Source of the DNA: Hydrogenophaga sp.
Lineage (GTDB): Bacteria > Pseudomonadota > Gammaproteobacteria > Burkholderiales > Burkholderiaceae_C
Reading direction: 5' to 3'
DNA length: 64,000 nucleotides
Assembly: GCA_030653975.1 (NCBI GenBank)
Contig: JAURYH010000051.1
Location: 7,811 to 71,810 of the forward strand
In this document: piece by piece, positions 52,014-61,275 of the stretch
Position numbering within the stretch: position 1 is the stretch's first letter
How the letters are laid out: every line of letters begins with the position of its first letter
The notes under the pieces: generated by a model
The model's input: the letters and a program-made list of their open reading frames with translations, nothing else
Told to the model about the DNA's origin: nothing
Database searches by the model: none
Program-made: the position numbers and the translations under genes

Positions 52014-52952
52014 GTGCGCTGGCGGCAGACCTTGCTGACGCTGGCCACACTGGTCAGCGGAATGCCTGCGTTCGGCGCTGACACCGGTATCGTCGTTTCA
52101 TTGCGCACCCTGGGCGACCACACCCCCGCGGTAGCGGCCGACGGCGGGCCCGACCTGCCCCAGTTGCTGGAGCAAGGCCGGGTGGCCATGCGCGCACTGG
52201 ACTTTCATCTGGCGGCGCAACACTACTGCAGCGCCGCACGTCAGGGCAGTGCGGACGGACAGTACCGTTTCGGTCACCTGCTGCTGCAGCAGCGCAGCGT
52301 GCCGAGAGCGCAGGCCCAGGGGCGCTTCATGCTGGCACTGGCGGCCCAGCATGGCCACGCCGAGGCCATCCGTTTTTTCACCGAGGCCGGCCCGTTCCCT
52401 GGGGACGGGCAGCGCCCGCCATGCATGCCCGAGCCAACGGCCGGGTCGCTGGAAGACCGCACCGAGCCCGTGAGCCACGAAGTGGTGAAGCACTACCTGG
52501 ACCAGCTGAACCGGGAACGCCGCCGCTGGGCCCAGCGGGTGCAGGAACGCGCGCCCCACTACGGCGTGGACCCGCGCCTGGCGGTGTCCATCGTGCGCGC
52601 GGAGTCGAACTTCAACCCGCTCTCGGTATCGCCGAAAAACGCGCAGGGCCTGATGCAACTCATCCCCGCCACGGCCCTCCGCTTTGGCGTGCGCAACCCG
52701 CTGGACCCGCAGCAGAACATCGAAGGCGGCCTGGCCTACCTGGGCTGGTTGCTGCAGCGTTTTGATCACGATGTGGTCAAGGCCTCGGCCGCCTACAACG
52801 CGGGCGAAGGCGCGGTCGATCGCCACCAGGGCGTACCGCCCTTTCCGGAAACGCGAGCCTACGTGGCGCGCATCCTGGGCTTCTACCTGGCCACACGGCA
52901 CCAGCCGCCGCCACCACCGGAAAAACCCGCCAAGGCACCACCACGCGGTTGA
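52014..52952 (+). CDS. Lytic transglycosylase (SLT domain) with Sel1-like repeat
   Basis: VRAESNFNP, GLMQL and AAYNAG; AARQGSADGQYRFG segment. Confidence 0.85.
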   Translation: MRWRQTLLTLATLVSGMPAFGADTGIVVSLRTLGDHTPAVAADGGPDLPQLLEQGRVAMRALDFHLAAQHYCSAARQGSADGQYRFGHLLLQQRSVPRAQAQGRFMLALAAQHGHAEAIRFFTEAGPFPGDGQRPPCMPEPTAGSLEDRTEPVSHEVVKHYLDQLNRERRRWAQRVQERAPHYGVDPRLAVSIVRAESNFNPLSVSPKNAQGLMQLIPATALRFGVRNPLDPQQNIEGGLAYLGWLLQRFDHDVVKASAAYNAGEGAVDRHQGVPPFPETRAYVARILGFYLATRHQPPPPPEKPAKAPPRG

Positions 52953-52984
52953 GCCTCGCGGCGGCGCGCGCGGGAGCCACCGGC

Positions 52985-53977
52985 TCAGGGCAGCAGGATG
53001 GTGCAGCCCGTGGTCTGCCGGGCTTCCAGGCTGCGGTGGGCGGCCTGCACATCGGTGAGCGCAAAGCGCTGGTCGATGCGGATCTTCACATCGCCGCTGC
53101 CCACCACCGCAAACAGCTCGTCGGCCATGGCCTGCGTGCGCTCGCGACTGGTGATGTGGGTGAACAGGGTCTGGCGCGTCACGTACAGCGAACCCTTGGG
53201 GCCGAGGATGCCGGGCGCGAACGGCGCCACCGGGCCGCTGGCGTTGCCGAAGCTCACCATCAGGCCGAACGGCATCAGGCAGTCGAGCGACTTGTCAAAC
53301 GTGTCCTTGCCCACCGAGTCGTACACCACCTTCACGCCCTGGCCACCGGTGATCTCTTTCACGCGGACGGCGAAGTCCTCGCTGCGGTAGTTGATCGTGA
53401 ACTCGGCACCATGCTCGCGTGCCAGCGCGCATTTGTCGTCCGAACCCGCGGTGCCGATCAGGCGCAGACCCAGCGCCCGTGCCCACTGGCAGGCGATCAG
53501 TCCGACGCCGCCGGCCGCTGCGTGGAACAGCACGAAATCGCCCCGCTCCAGCCCTTCCACCGGCTTGCAGCGCTTGAGCAGGTACATCGCGGTCAGGCCC
53601 TTGAGCATCATGGCCGCACCGGTCTCGAAACTGATCGAATCGGGCAACTGGCAGACGTTCATGGCCGGCATCACACGCACATCGCTGTAGCTGCCGGGCG
53701 GGTTGGCGGCGTAGGCGGCGCGGTCGCCCGCCTTCAGGTGCGTCACGCCCTCGCCCACGGCCTCGATCACGCCCGCGCCTTCCATGCCCAGCGCGAGCGG
53801 CATGGTGTTGGGGTACAGGCCACTGCGCTGGTAGACGTCGATGAAGTTCAGGCCGATGGCTTTGTGGCGGATGCGCACCTGGCCTGGGCCGGGCTCGCCC
53901 ACGTCTACCGTGTCGATCACCAGTTGTTCGGGTCCGCCGGTGGCGTGAATGCGCACGGCGCGGCTGGTCTGGGTCAT
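52985..53977 (-). CDS. qor: NADPH:quinone oxidoreductase (zeta-crystallin family)
   Basis: GLNFIDVYQRSG, HAAAGGVG, VVYDSVGK and GSLYVTRQTL. Confidence 0.9.
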   Translation of the reverse strand: MTQTSRAVRIHATGGPEQLVIDTVDVGEPGPGQVRIRHKAIGLNFIDVYQRSGLYPNTMPLALGMEGAGVIEAVGEGVTHLKAGDRAAYAANPPGSYSDVRVMPAMNVCQLPDSISFETGAAMMLKGLTAMYLLKRCKPVEGLERGDFVLFHAAAGGVGLIACQWARALGLRLIGTAGSDDKCALAREHGAEFTINYRSEDFAVRVKEITGGQGVKVVYDSVGKDTFDKSLDCLMPFGLMVSFGNASGPVAPFAPGILGPKGSLYVTRQTLFTHITSRERTQAMADELFAVVGSGDVKIRIDQRFALTDVQAAHRSLEARQTTGCTILLP

Positions 53978-54096
53978 GAAAATCTCCTTCTTTTTGAAAC
54001 GACCCCGATGCTGCCACGAAACCACCGTGTCACCTGCGGGGCACACCGTCAGCCCCGCGCCAGCGCAGGGCATGGCCGTGTGGGTACAGTGCCGGC

Positions 54097-55023
54097 ATGT
54101 CTGCACCCGCCCGTCTCACGCCGTCCACCATCGCCCTGCTGCTGATCCCGCCGCTCATGTGGGCCGGCAACGCCGTGGTCGGTCGGATGATGCAGGGCTC
54201 CATTCCACCGATCACTTTCAACCTCCTGCGCTGGGTGCTGGCTGGCGCGTTGTTGCTGCCGCTGGCGGCCTGGGTGTTGCGCCCGGGCAGCGGGCTGTGG
54301 CCGCAGCGGCGGCGTTTCGCGCTGCTGGGCCTGCTGGGCGTGGGCCTGTACAACGCCCTGCAGTACATGGCGCTCAAGACCTCGACACCGATCAACGTGA
54401 CGCTGGTCGCTTCCAGCATCCCGATCTGGATGCTGCTGCTCGGCCGGGTGTTTTACGGGGTGCCGGTTTCGCGCCGCGCGGCGGTGGGTGCCGCGCTCTC
54501 GCTGGCCGGCGTGGCCGTGGTGCTGTCGCGCGGCGATCTGGCGCAACTCGGTGCCCTGCGCCTGGTGGCGGGCGACGGCTGGATGCTGCTGGCCGCGCTC
54601 ACCTGGGCCTGGTACAGCTGGTTGCTGGTGCGACCGCCCGAAGGCGGCTACCCGCCCGACATCAAGGCGGACTGGGCCGCATTTCTGCTGGCGCAGATTG
54701 TGTTCGGGCTGGGCTGGTCGGGCGTGATGACCGGCGCCGAATGGTTGACCCTGCCGCCCGCACCCACCGGCCACCTGCAATGGGGCTGGCCGTTGATCGC
54801 GGCACTGGTCTACGTGGCGGTTGGCCCGTCGCTGCTGGCCTACCGCAGCTGGGGCATCGGCGTGGCACGCGTCGGCCCCACGGTGGCGGGCTTCTTCAAC
54901 AACCTCACGCCGCTGTTCGCCGCGCTGATGTCGGCCACACTGCTGGGCGAACTGCCCCGGCTGTACCACGCGGCGGGATTCGTGCTGATCGTGGGCGGTA
55001 TTTTCGTGAGTTCACGACGGTAG
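54097..55023 (+). CDS. DMT/EamA-family transporter
   Basis: About 10 TM segments in two repeats; MWAGNAVVGR. Confidence 0.88.
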   Translation: MSAPARLTPSTIALLLIPPLMWAGNAVVGRMMQGSIPPITFNLLRWVLAGALLLPLAAWVLRPGSGLWPQRRRFALLGLLGVGLYNALQYMALKTSTPINVTLVASSIPIWMLLLGRVFYGVPVSRRAAVGAALSLAGVAVVLSRGDLAQLGALRLVAGDGWMLLAALTWAWYSWLLVRPPEGGYPPDIKADWAAFLLAQIVFGLGWSGVMTGAEWLTLPPAPTGHLQWGWPLIAALVYVAVGPSLLAYRSWGIGVARVGPTVAGFFNNLTPLFAALMSATLLGELPRLYHAAGFVLIVGGIFVSSRR

Positions 55024-55052
55024 CCCCCGCGCCGCCTGCGGCGCGGGGGGAA

Positions 55053-55850
55053 TCAGAATGTCCCCGGATACGCCCCGCCATCGGCCAGCACGTTCTGGCC
55101 CGTCATGTACGCCGCCTGCTGGCTGCAGAGGAAGGCGCAGATGGCGCCGAACTCCTGCGGGCGGCCGTAGCGGCCGGCGGGAATCTGCGCCTGCTGCTGG
55201 CGGCGCAGTTCTTCCACCGGCTGGCCGGTTTTCTCCGACGCGCCCTTGAGCGTGACGGCGATGCGGTCGGTGTCGAACTTGCCGGGCAGCAGGTTGTTGA
55301 TCGTCACGCCCTGCGCCGCGATGCCGCTGCGCGCCACGCCGGCCACGAAGCCCGTCAATCCGCTGCGCGCGCCGTTGGAGAGGCCCAGGATGTCGATGGG
55401 CGCCTTCACCGCGCTGCTGGTGATGTTGACGATGCGTCCGAAGCCGCGCTGCGCCATGCCGTCCACCGTGGCCTTGATGAGTTCGATGGGCGTGAGCATG
55501 TTGGCATCCACGGCCTTGATCCAGGCCTCGCGGTCCCAGTTGCGGAAGTCGCCCGGCGGCGGGCCGCCGGCGTTGGTGACCACGATGTCGAACGCCGTGC
55601 CGGGGCCGCCGGCCACACCCAGCGCCGCTGCCCGGCCTTCTGCGGTGGTGATGTCCGCCGCCACGGTGAACACCTGCACGCCGGGCGATGCGGCGCGGAT
55701 GCCGGCGGCCGAAGCCTCCAGCGCTTCAGACCCGCGCGCCACCATGACCACGTTCACGCCCTCGCCCGCCAGCGCCTGAGCGCAGCCCAGCCCCAGCCCC
55801 CTGCTCGCGCCACACACGAGCGCCCATTTGCCTGTGATGCCGAAGTCCAT
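55053..55850 (-). CDS. Short-chain dehydrogenase/reductase
   Basis: GASRGLG, NAGGPPPG, NITS and LSNGAR. Confidence 0.9.
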   Translation of the reverse strand: MDFGITGKWALVCGASRGLGLGCAQALAGEGVNVVMVARGSEALEASAAGIRAASPGVQVFTVAADITTAEGRAAALGVAGGPGTAFDIVVTNAGGPPPGDFRNWDREAWIKAVDANMLTPIELIKATVDGMAQRGFGRIVNITSSAVKAPIDILGLSNGARSGLTGFVAGVARSGIAAQGVTINNLLPGKFDTDRIAVTLKGASEKTGQPVEELRRQQQAQIPAGRYGRPQEFGAICAFLCSQQAAYMTGQNVLADGGAYPGTF

Positions 55851-55877
55851 GTCCGTGTCTCCTTGTCAAAAAATCAA

Positions 55878-56798
55878 TCACCGGCCCGCAGCGGGCTTGC
55901 CGAAACGCGTCACCAGAAACACCCCCGCGAGCACCAGCACCGTGCCGGCCACGATCCAGCCGTTGAACGGCTCGTCCAGGATCAGCACGCCCATGGCGAT
56001 GGTGGACATGGGTCCGATCATGCCGGTCTGCGCCGCCAGCCCCGCGCCGATGCGTTCGATCGCCATCATGACCATGAGCACCGGCGCAAAGGTGCACAAG
56101 GTGGCGTTGAGCAGCGAGAGCCAGATCACCTCGGGCGCCACCTCGGCCGCGCTCAGGGGGCGCAGGACCACGAACTGCAGCAGGCACAGGGCGCAAGCCA
56201 CGCTGGTGGCCAGGCCCACCAGTCGCAACGAGCCCAGGCGCTTGACCAGCTCACCGCTGTAGACCAGGTAGATCGCGTAGCTGATCGCGCTGCCGAACAC
56301 CAGCAGGGCGCCGAGCACCGCGTTCGGGCCCTGGAAGCCGGCCTCGTGCCCGAACACCAGCAGCACGCCGCAATAGCTCACGGCCATGGCCAGCGCCTGC
56401 AGACTGCTGATGCGGCGCTTGTAGATGAACCAGCCGAGCACCAGCACCAGCGTGGGGTTGAGGTACAGGATCAGCCGCTCCAGGCTGGCGCTGATGTATT
56501 GCAGGCCCCAGAAATCGAGAAAGCTCGCGAGGTAGTAGCCGGTGAACCCCAGGCCGACGATGCCGAGCCAGTCTTTTCCGGTGAGGGCTGCCTTGCCCCG
56601 GCTGGCCCACCAGGCCAGCGCCAGGAACAGCGGCAGCGCGAACAGCATGCGGTACATGATGAGCGTGACCGCGTCCACGCCGTGGCGGTACGCGAGCTTG
56701 ACGATGATGGCCTTGCCGCTGAAGGCGATGGAACCCGCGCTGGCGAGCAGCAGACCGGTGGCGAGGTGGGGTACGGGTGGCGCGGAAGGGGACGGCAT
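55878..56798 (-). CDS. DMT/EamA-family transporter
   Basis: FSGKAIIVKLAY...ISASLERLILYLNP; multiple TM segments. Confidence 0.88.
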   Translation of the reverse strand: MPSPSAPPVPHLATGLLLASAGSIAFSGKAIIVKLAYRHGVDAVTLIMYRMLFALPLFLALAWWASRGKAALTGKDWLGIVGLGFTGYYLASFLDFWGLQYISASLERLILYLNPTLVLVLGWFIYKRRISSLQALAMAVSYCGVLLVFGHEAGFQGPNAVLGALLVFGSAISYAIYLVYSGELVKRLGSLRLVGLATSVACALCLLQFVVLRPLSAAEVAPEVIWLSLLNATLCTFAPVLMVMMAIERIGAGLAAQTGMIGPMSTIAMGVLILDEPFNGWIVAGTVLVLAGVFLVTRFGKPAAGR

Positions 56799-56874
56799 CG
56801 TTCCGATTATCGGCAGACCCCGCGCGACCCGCTGTCGCGCCGGGACATGTGCGTACAGGAAAGCCCGCCGGCTC

Positions 56875-57615
56875 TCAGGCCTTGGGCGCCGACAGCAGCG
56901 CAGCATCCACCACGCGGTAGGTGCGGCCCTGCTTGTCCAGCGGTTCGATCAGGCCCTCGCGTTCAAACGCGGAGATCGTGCGGCTCACCGTCTCCAGCTT
57001 GAGGTCGAGCATGGCGCCCATGTCTTCGCGCGAGAACAGGTTGGCCACCGTGGCGTCGTGCTCCGCTCGCATCTTGAGGATGAGGCCGGCCACGCGCTGG
57101 CGCGCGTTGCCGAAATTGAGCTCGGCCAGCCAGTCGTCGGCTTCCTTCAGGCTGTGGTGCCACTGCTCCATCAGGCGCTGGTGCAGACGCGGTGTTTCGC
57201 GGTTCAGTCGCTGGATCACCTGCAGCGGCAGGCGGCACACCTTGATGTTGGTCAGTGCAATGGCATCGGAGTCGTACACCGGGCCCATCAGGGCTTCGAG
57301 CCCGATCACGTTGCCCGAGCGCAGCACGCGCACGATGCGCTGGCGCCCGTCCACCGTGTTGCGCACCAGCTTGATCACCCCCGAACGCAGGGTGTAGAGC
57401 GACGTGGCCGTCTCGCCCATGCGCACCAGCGGCTGACCCGCGCTGAATTCGAGATCGTCGATGGGCGCGTGGATCAGGTTGAAGTCCTCTTCACGCAGGT
57501 CGGCAAACAGCACCATGTCACGAATGCCGCAGTTGCGGCAATCGGCGGTGCCGCGCCAGGCGGACTCGGTCTTGATCGGGATCATCTCGGGCTTTTCATG
57601 CGGTCGTTTAGACAC
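56875..57615 (-). CDS. Crp/Fnr-family regulator with N-terminal CxxC
   Basis: CRNC near the N-terminus; HTH SREDMGAMLDLKLETVSR. Start may be the ATG of MIPIKTE. Confidence 0.88.
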   Translation of the reverse strand: MSKRPHEKPEMIPIKTESAWRGTADCRNCGIRDMVLFADLREEDFNLIHAPIDDLEFSAGQPLVRMGETATSLYTLRSGVIKLVRNTVDGRQRIVRVLRSGNVIGLEALMGPVYDSDAIALTNIKVCRLPLQVIQRLNRETPRLHQRLMEQWHHSLKEADDWLAELNFGNARQRVAGLILKMRAEHDATVANLFSREDMGAMLDLKLETVSRTISAFEREGLIEPLDKQGRTYRVVDAALLSAPKA

Positions 57616-57669
57616 TGGAATATAAGCCTTTGCTGAAAATCATGGACAACGGTCCGGTGGGCTCATCCT

Positions 57670-59490
57670 TCAGCCGTTCACGGGCGGTGTGCAGGCCAGC
57701 ACCTCGTCCAGCGTCGTCAGGCCTTCGGCCAAGCGCGCCGCCCCGGCCAGGCGCAGCGGCCGCATGCCGTCCTTCACCGCCTGGCTGCGCAATGCCTCGA
57801 GCACCGGCTCGCGGCTCACCTTGCTCTTGAAGGTCTCGGTGACCACGAGCAGTTCATACAGGCCCATGCGACCATGGAATCCGGTCATGCGGCAGTCGAC
57901 ACAGCCCACCGGCCGGTAGGGCCGGTACTTGCCGCTGATCTGCCAGGGCTTGACCAGCTCGGCCAGGGCTTCGCGCGACGCGGTGGTGGCGGCATCGTCC
58001 TCGCGCACGCGGCAGACCGGGCACAGGGTGCGCACCAGGCGCTGCGCCAGCACACCCAGCACGGTGGCGTTGATCAGGTAAGGCGGGATGCCCAGCTCCA
58101 TCAGCCGCATGATGGCACTGGGTGCGTCGTTGGTGTGCAGCGTGGTGAACACCAGGTGGCCGGTGAGCGCGGCCTGCACCGCCATCTCGGCGGTGGGCAG
58201 GTCGCGCACCTCGCCGACCATGATGATGTCCGGGTCCTGCCGCATCAGGGCGCGCAGGCCCTGCGCGAAATCCAGGTCCAGGTGCGGCTGCACCTGGGTC
58301 TGGTTGAAGGCGGGTTCGATCATCTCGATCGGGTCTTCCACCGTGCTCACATTGACCTCTTCGGTCGCCAGGCGCTTGAGCGTGGCGTAGAGCGTGGTGG
58401 TTTTGCCCGAGCCGGTCGGGCCGGTCACGAGCACGATGCCGTGCGGCTTGCTGGTGAGCGATTGCCAGCGCTGGGCGTCGTGCGGCGCAAAGCCGAGCGC
58501 GCTCAGGTCTTTCACCGTGGCTTCGGGATCAAAGATGCGCATCACCAGCTTCTCGCCAAAAGCAGTGGGCAGGGTGGACAAGCGCATCTCAACCTCATCG
58601 CCGCGGACCGCGCCCACGCCGGGGCGCAGCGTCTTGATGCGGCCATCCTGCGGGCGGCGTTTTTCCACCACGTCCATGCGGCCCAGCAGCTTGATGCGCG
58701 CAATCATCGCGTTCATCACGCCCATGGGCATCTGGTACACCGGGTGCAGCACGCCGTCGATGCGGAAGCGGATCACGCCCTGCTCGCGCCGCGGCTCCAG
58801 GTGAATGTCGCTCGCGCGCTGGTCGAAGGCGTATTGCCAGAGCCAGTCCACCACCTGCACCACATGCTGATCGTTGGCATCGAGCTGCTTGTTGGCCTTG
58901 CCGAGTTCCACCAGTTGCTCAAAGCTGCCAAAGCCCGCCGGGCCACCCAGCTTGCTCGCCGCACGAACCGACTTGGCCAATGCGAAAAACTCGGCCGTGT
59001 AACGCGCCACATCCATCGGACTGGCCAGCACCAGGCGCACGCTCTTGCGCGTCTGCCGCTCCACCTCGGGCACCCAGTCGCGGATGAAGGGCTCTGCGGT
59101 CGCCACCACCACCTCGGCCACGCCCACCTGCACCGGCAACACCTTGTGCCGCTCGGCGTAGGCCGCGCTCATCACGTCGGCCACCTTGCCCACGTCGACC
59201 TTCAGCGGATCGATGCGGAAATAGTCCATGCCGCTGCGCCCGGCCAGCCACTGCGTGAGCTGCTCGATGTCGAGCACATGGCCGTCGGCCTCGCGCGCCA
59301 TGCCCACCACCGCAAGCCGCTGCAGCGGGTGCTGGGCGCTGTGCGCCGATGCACACCGTGCCACCGTGCGGGCCGCCTCGTCCGCCGAGATCACGCCATC
59401 TTCGCGCAGCCAGCCCACCAGCGTGCGCCAGTCGAGCGGTCCGGGTTGATGAGCGGGCCGGGGCGTGGGGGCCTTGGTGGTGGTCTTCAT
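57670..59490 (-). CDS. GspE/PulE/PilB-family secretion ATPase
   Basis: ASDIHLEP, GPTGSGKTT, EDPIE, GEVRD, TLHTND and a CPVC...CVDC tetracysteine motif. Confidence 0.93.
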   Translation of the reverse strand: MKTTTKAPTPRPAHQPGPLDWRTLVGWLREDGVISADEAARTVARCASAHSAQHPLQRLAVVGMAREADGHVLDIEQLTQWLAGRSGMDYFRIDPLKVDVGKVADVMSAAYAERHKVLPVQVGVAEVVVATAEPFIRDWVPEVERQTRKSVRLVLASPMDVARYTAEFFALAKSVRAASKLGGPAGFGSFEQLVELGKANKQLDANDQHVVQVVDWLWQYAFDQRASDIHLEPRREQGVIRFRIDGVLHPVYQMPMGVMNAMIARIKLLGRMDVVEKRRPQDGRIKTLRPGVGAVRGDEVEMRLSTLPTAFGEKLVMRIFDPEATVKDLSALGFAPHDAQRWQSLTSKPHGIVLVTGPTGSGKTTTLYATLKRLATEEVNVSTVEDPIEMIEPAFNQTQVQPHLDLDFAQGLRALMRQDPDIIMVGEVRDLPTAEMAVQAALTGHLVFTTLHTNDAPSAIMRLMELGIPPYLINATVLGVLAQRLVRTLCPVCRVREDDAATTASREALAELVKPWQISGKYRPYRPVGCVDCRMTGFHGRMGLYELLVVTETFKSKVSREPVLEALRSQAVKDGMRPLRLAGAARLAEGLTTLDEVLACTPPVNG

Positions 59491-59497
59491 AAGATGG

Positions 59498-60280
59498 TCA
59501 GGCAACCGGTTTGAAAATGCGCAACCATTTGACCGCTGGCAGGCGCCAGCGCGACTGGATTTCTTCGGCCCGCGCCAGCAGCGCCATGCGCGTGGGGCGT
59601 TCGGCGGTGCGTTGCGCGAGCACGATGGTGTTGCCCTCGCGCGTGGGTTTGAAGGCCCAGACCGCGTCTTCACCAAACGCTGCGCAGATGCTCTGCAGCG
59701 AACGTTCGTAGCTCGCGTCGCGACCAAACAGGTTGACCGTCATGGTGCCTTCGTCGGTCAGCACCGAGCGGCAGTCGGCGTAGAAGTCGGGGCTGTCGAG
59801 CACCGGGGCTGCGGCCTCGTGGTCGTACAGGTCGACCTGCAGCGCGTCGATCTGGCCGGTGTGCGCCGGGTTGCGGATTTCCTGCTCCGCGTCGGCCAGC
59901 AGCACGCGCAGGCGCGGGCCGTCGGGCGGCAGCTTGAACCAGCCGCGGCAGGCCGCGAGCACCTGCGGGTTGATCTCGATCGCCGTGGTGTCCATGCGCA
60001 GCTGTTTGTAGTGGAACTTGGTGAGCGCGGCCGAGCCCAGCCCGAGCTGCATCGCCCGGCGCTTGCCCACCGAATCGGGTTCCACGAACAGCAGCCAGGC
60101 CATCATGCGCTGCACGTAGTCGAGCTCGATGTCGAAGGGCGCGTCGATGATCATCGAGCCCTGGATCCACTCGGTGCCCAGGTGCAGGAAACGCACCTCG
60201 CCGTCTTCGGACATGGTCACGTCGGGCAGGGTCTGCGGCCCGGTGCGACGCCGGGCCGCGGCATTGGCTCCGCTCTTCAT
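59498..60280 (-). CDS. Spermidine synthase-like SAM-binding protein
   Basis: HLGTEWIQG, LGLGSAAL, IEINPQV and VDLYD. Confidence 0.8.
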   Translation of the reverse strand: MKSGANAAARRRTGPQTLPDVTMSEDGEVRFLHLGTEWIQGSMIIDAPFDIELDYVQRMMAWLLFVEPDSVGKRRAMQLGLGSAALTKFHYKQLRMDTTAIEINPQVLAACRGWFKLPPDGPRLRVLLADAEQEIRNPAHTGQIDALQVDLYDHEAAAPVLDSPDFYADCRSVLTDEGTMTVNLFGRDASYERSLQSICAAFGEDAVWAFKPTREGNTIVLAQRTAERPTRMALLARAEEIQSRWRLPAVKWLRIFKPVA

Positions 60281-60486
60281 GCGCGGACTCCTGTGCGGTC
60301 ACCGCCCAACAGGCGGGGGAACCATGCCACGGGGTGGCGGGCGGGCGAACCCCCTGAATCCGTCGCTGAGCGGACCGGCAACCAATACTGCATCTTTGTC
60401 ACTTCTGGAACTGCAAAGCGTTCATTATGAACATGGAAGCCGGGTGGCTTTTCTTCTGGGCTCGTGTTTCTGGCTTGCATGGCGCG

Positions 60487-60586
60487 GGGACGATGACGTC
60501 GCGCGGCCAACTCCGCGAATGTCCCCCGGGCCGTTCCGGCCCTCCTCCTTTACTTCGCTGCGTCAGCCACCCGACGTCATCGTCTC
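60487..60586 (+). repeat. Family B element 3
   Basis: Arms 60487-60509 and 60564-60586 (13-bp perfect stretch) around core ACTCCGCGAATGTCCCCC...CTCCTCCTTTACTTCGCTGCG. Confidence 0.85.
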
Positions 60587-60639
60587 AACAACAGACTGCA
60601 CACTTCGGCCTGTTGGCTGACGAACCACAATGCTCCCAG

Positions 60640-60733
60640 CTTGCTGTGGCGGTGCGCTCTGCATAGCGAGGTCAAGGAGGAGGGCCGCAGGCCCGGGGGA
60701 CACGAGCGGCGCAGAGCGCGCCGACGCAGCAAG
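60640..60733 (-). repeat. Family B element 4
   Basis: Arms 60640-60662 and 60711-60733 (20/23) around the minus-strand core CCGCTCGTGTCCCCC...CTCCTCCTTGACCTCGC. Confidence 0.85.
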
Positions 60734-60756
60734 CCCGCGAGGTCCACCCCCGGGAC

Positions 60757-61275
60757 CTACGCAACCCCATGCCGCCGCAACACCTCGGCCCAGGCCGCCA
60801 GCTTGCGATCAAACGACCAGCTCGCGTTCGCCGGACTGGTGGACGGCAGCTTGTACACCGGCAGTCCGAAAGCCGACGTGTGCCTCGCGTGCCGGTAGCT
60901 CTCGCCCCCGTTGTGCGCAATGGCCTCCAGCATCGGGCAATGCCGCTGCACCGCAGCGAAGTCGTTGAGTTCGGCGGCGCGGATGTCCGCGTCCAGACTG
61001 CCCTCGCGCTCACAGGCGCCGTACACGTCCCACACCCCCAACCCGTGCTCGTGCAACGCAGCGATGCGCTCGGCATACGGCAACGTGATCAAGGGCCGCT
61101 GCCAGAGTGCTCCGAGGAGCTTCCAGAACTGGTTCTGCGGGTGGCCGTAATACTGCTGCGCACGCAGCGATGCCACGCCCGGAAAACTGCCCAGCACCAG
61201 CAGGCGCGTGCCCGCGTCCAGCACCGGCGGCAAACCCTGCAGGCGGCTCAAGCCCCGGCTCCTGCGGGCGGCCAC
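60757..61275 (-). CDS. Uracil-DNA glycosylase superfamily protein (DNA-deoxyinosine glycosylase-like)
   Basis: LGSFPG, YYGHPQNQFW and LPSTSPAN. Confidence 0.88.
   Translation of the reverse strand: MAARRSRGLSRLQGLPPVLDAGTRLLVLGSFPGVASLRAQQYYGHPQNQFWKLLGALWQRPLITLPYAERIAALHEHGLGVWDVYGACEREGSLDADIRAAELNDFAAVQRHCPMLEAIAHNGGESYRHARHTSAFGLPVYKLPSTSPANASWSFDRKLAAWAEVLRRHGVA

Noticed and set aside
47010-57002. Many long overlapping or antisense ORFs (for example 47010-49061, 53949-57002, and 31438-33822 elsewhere)
   Set aside because: Arg/Ala/Gly-rich, motif-free frames expected from high GC and strong codon bias opposite real genes.
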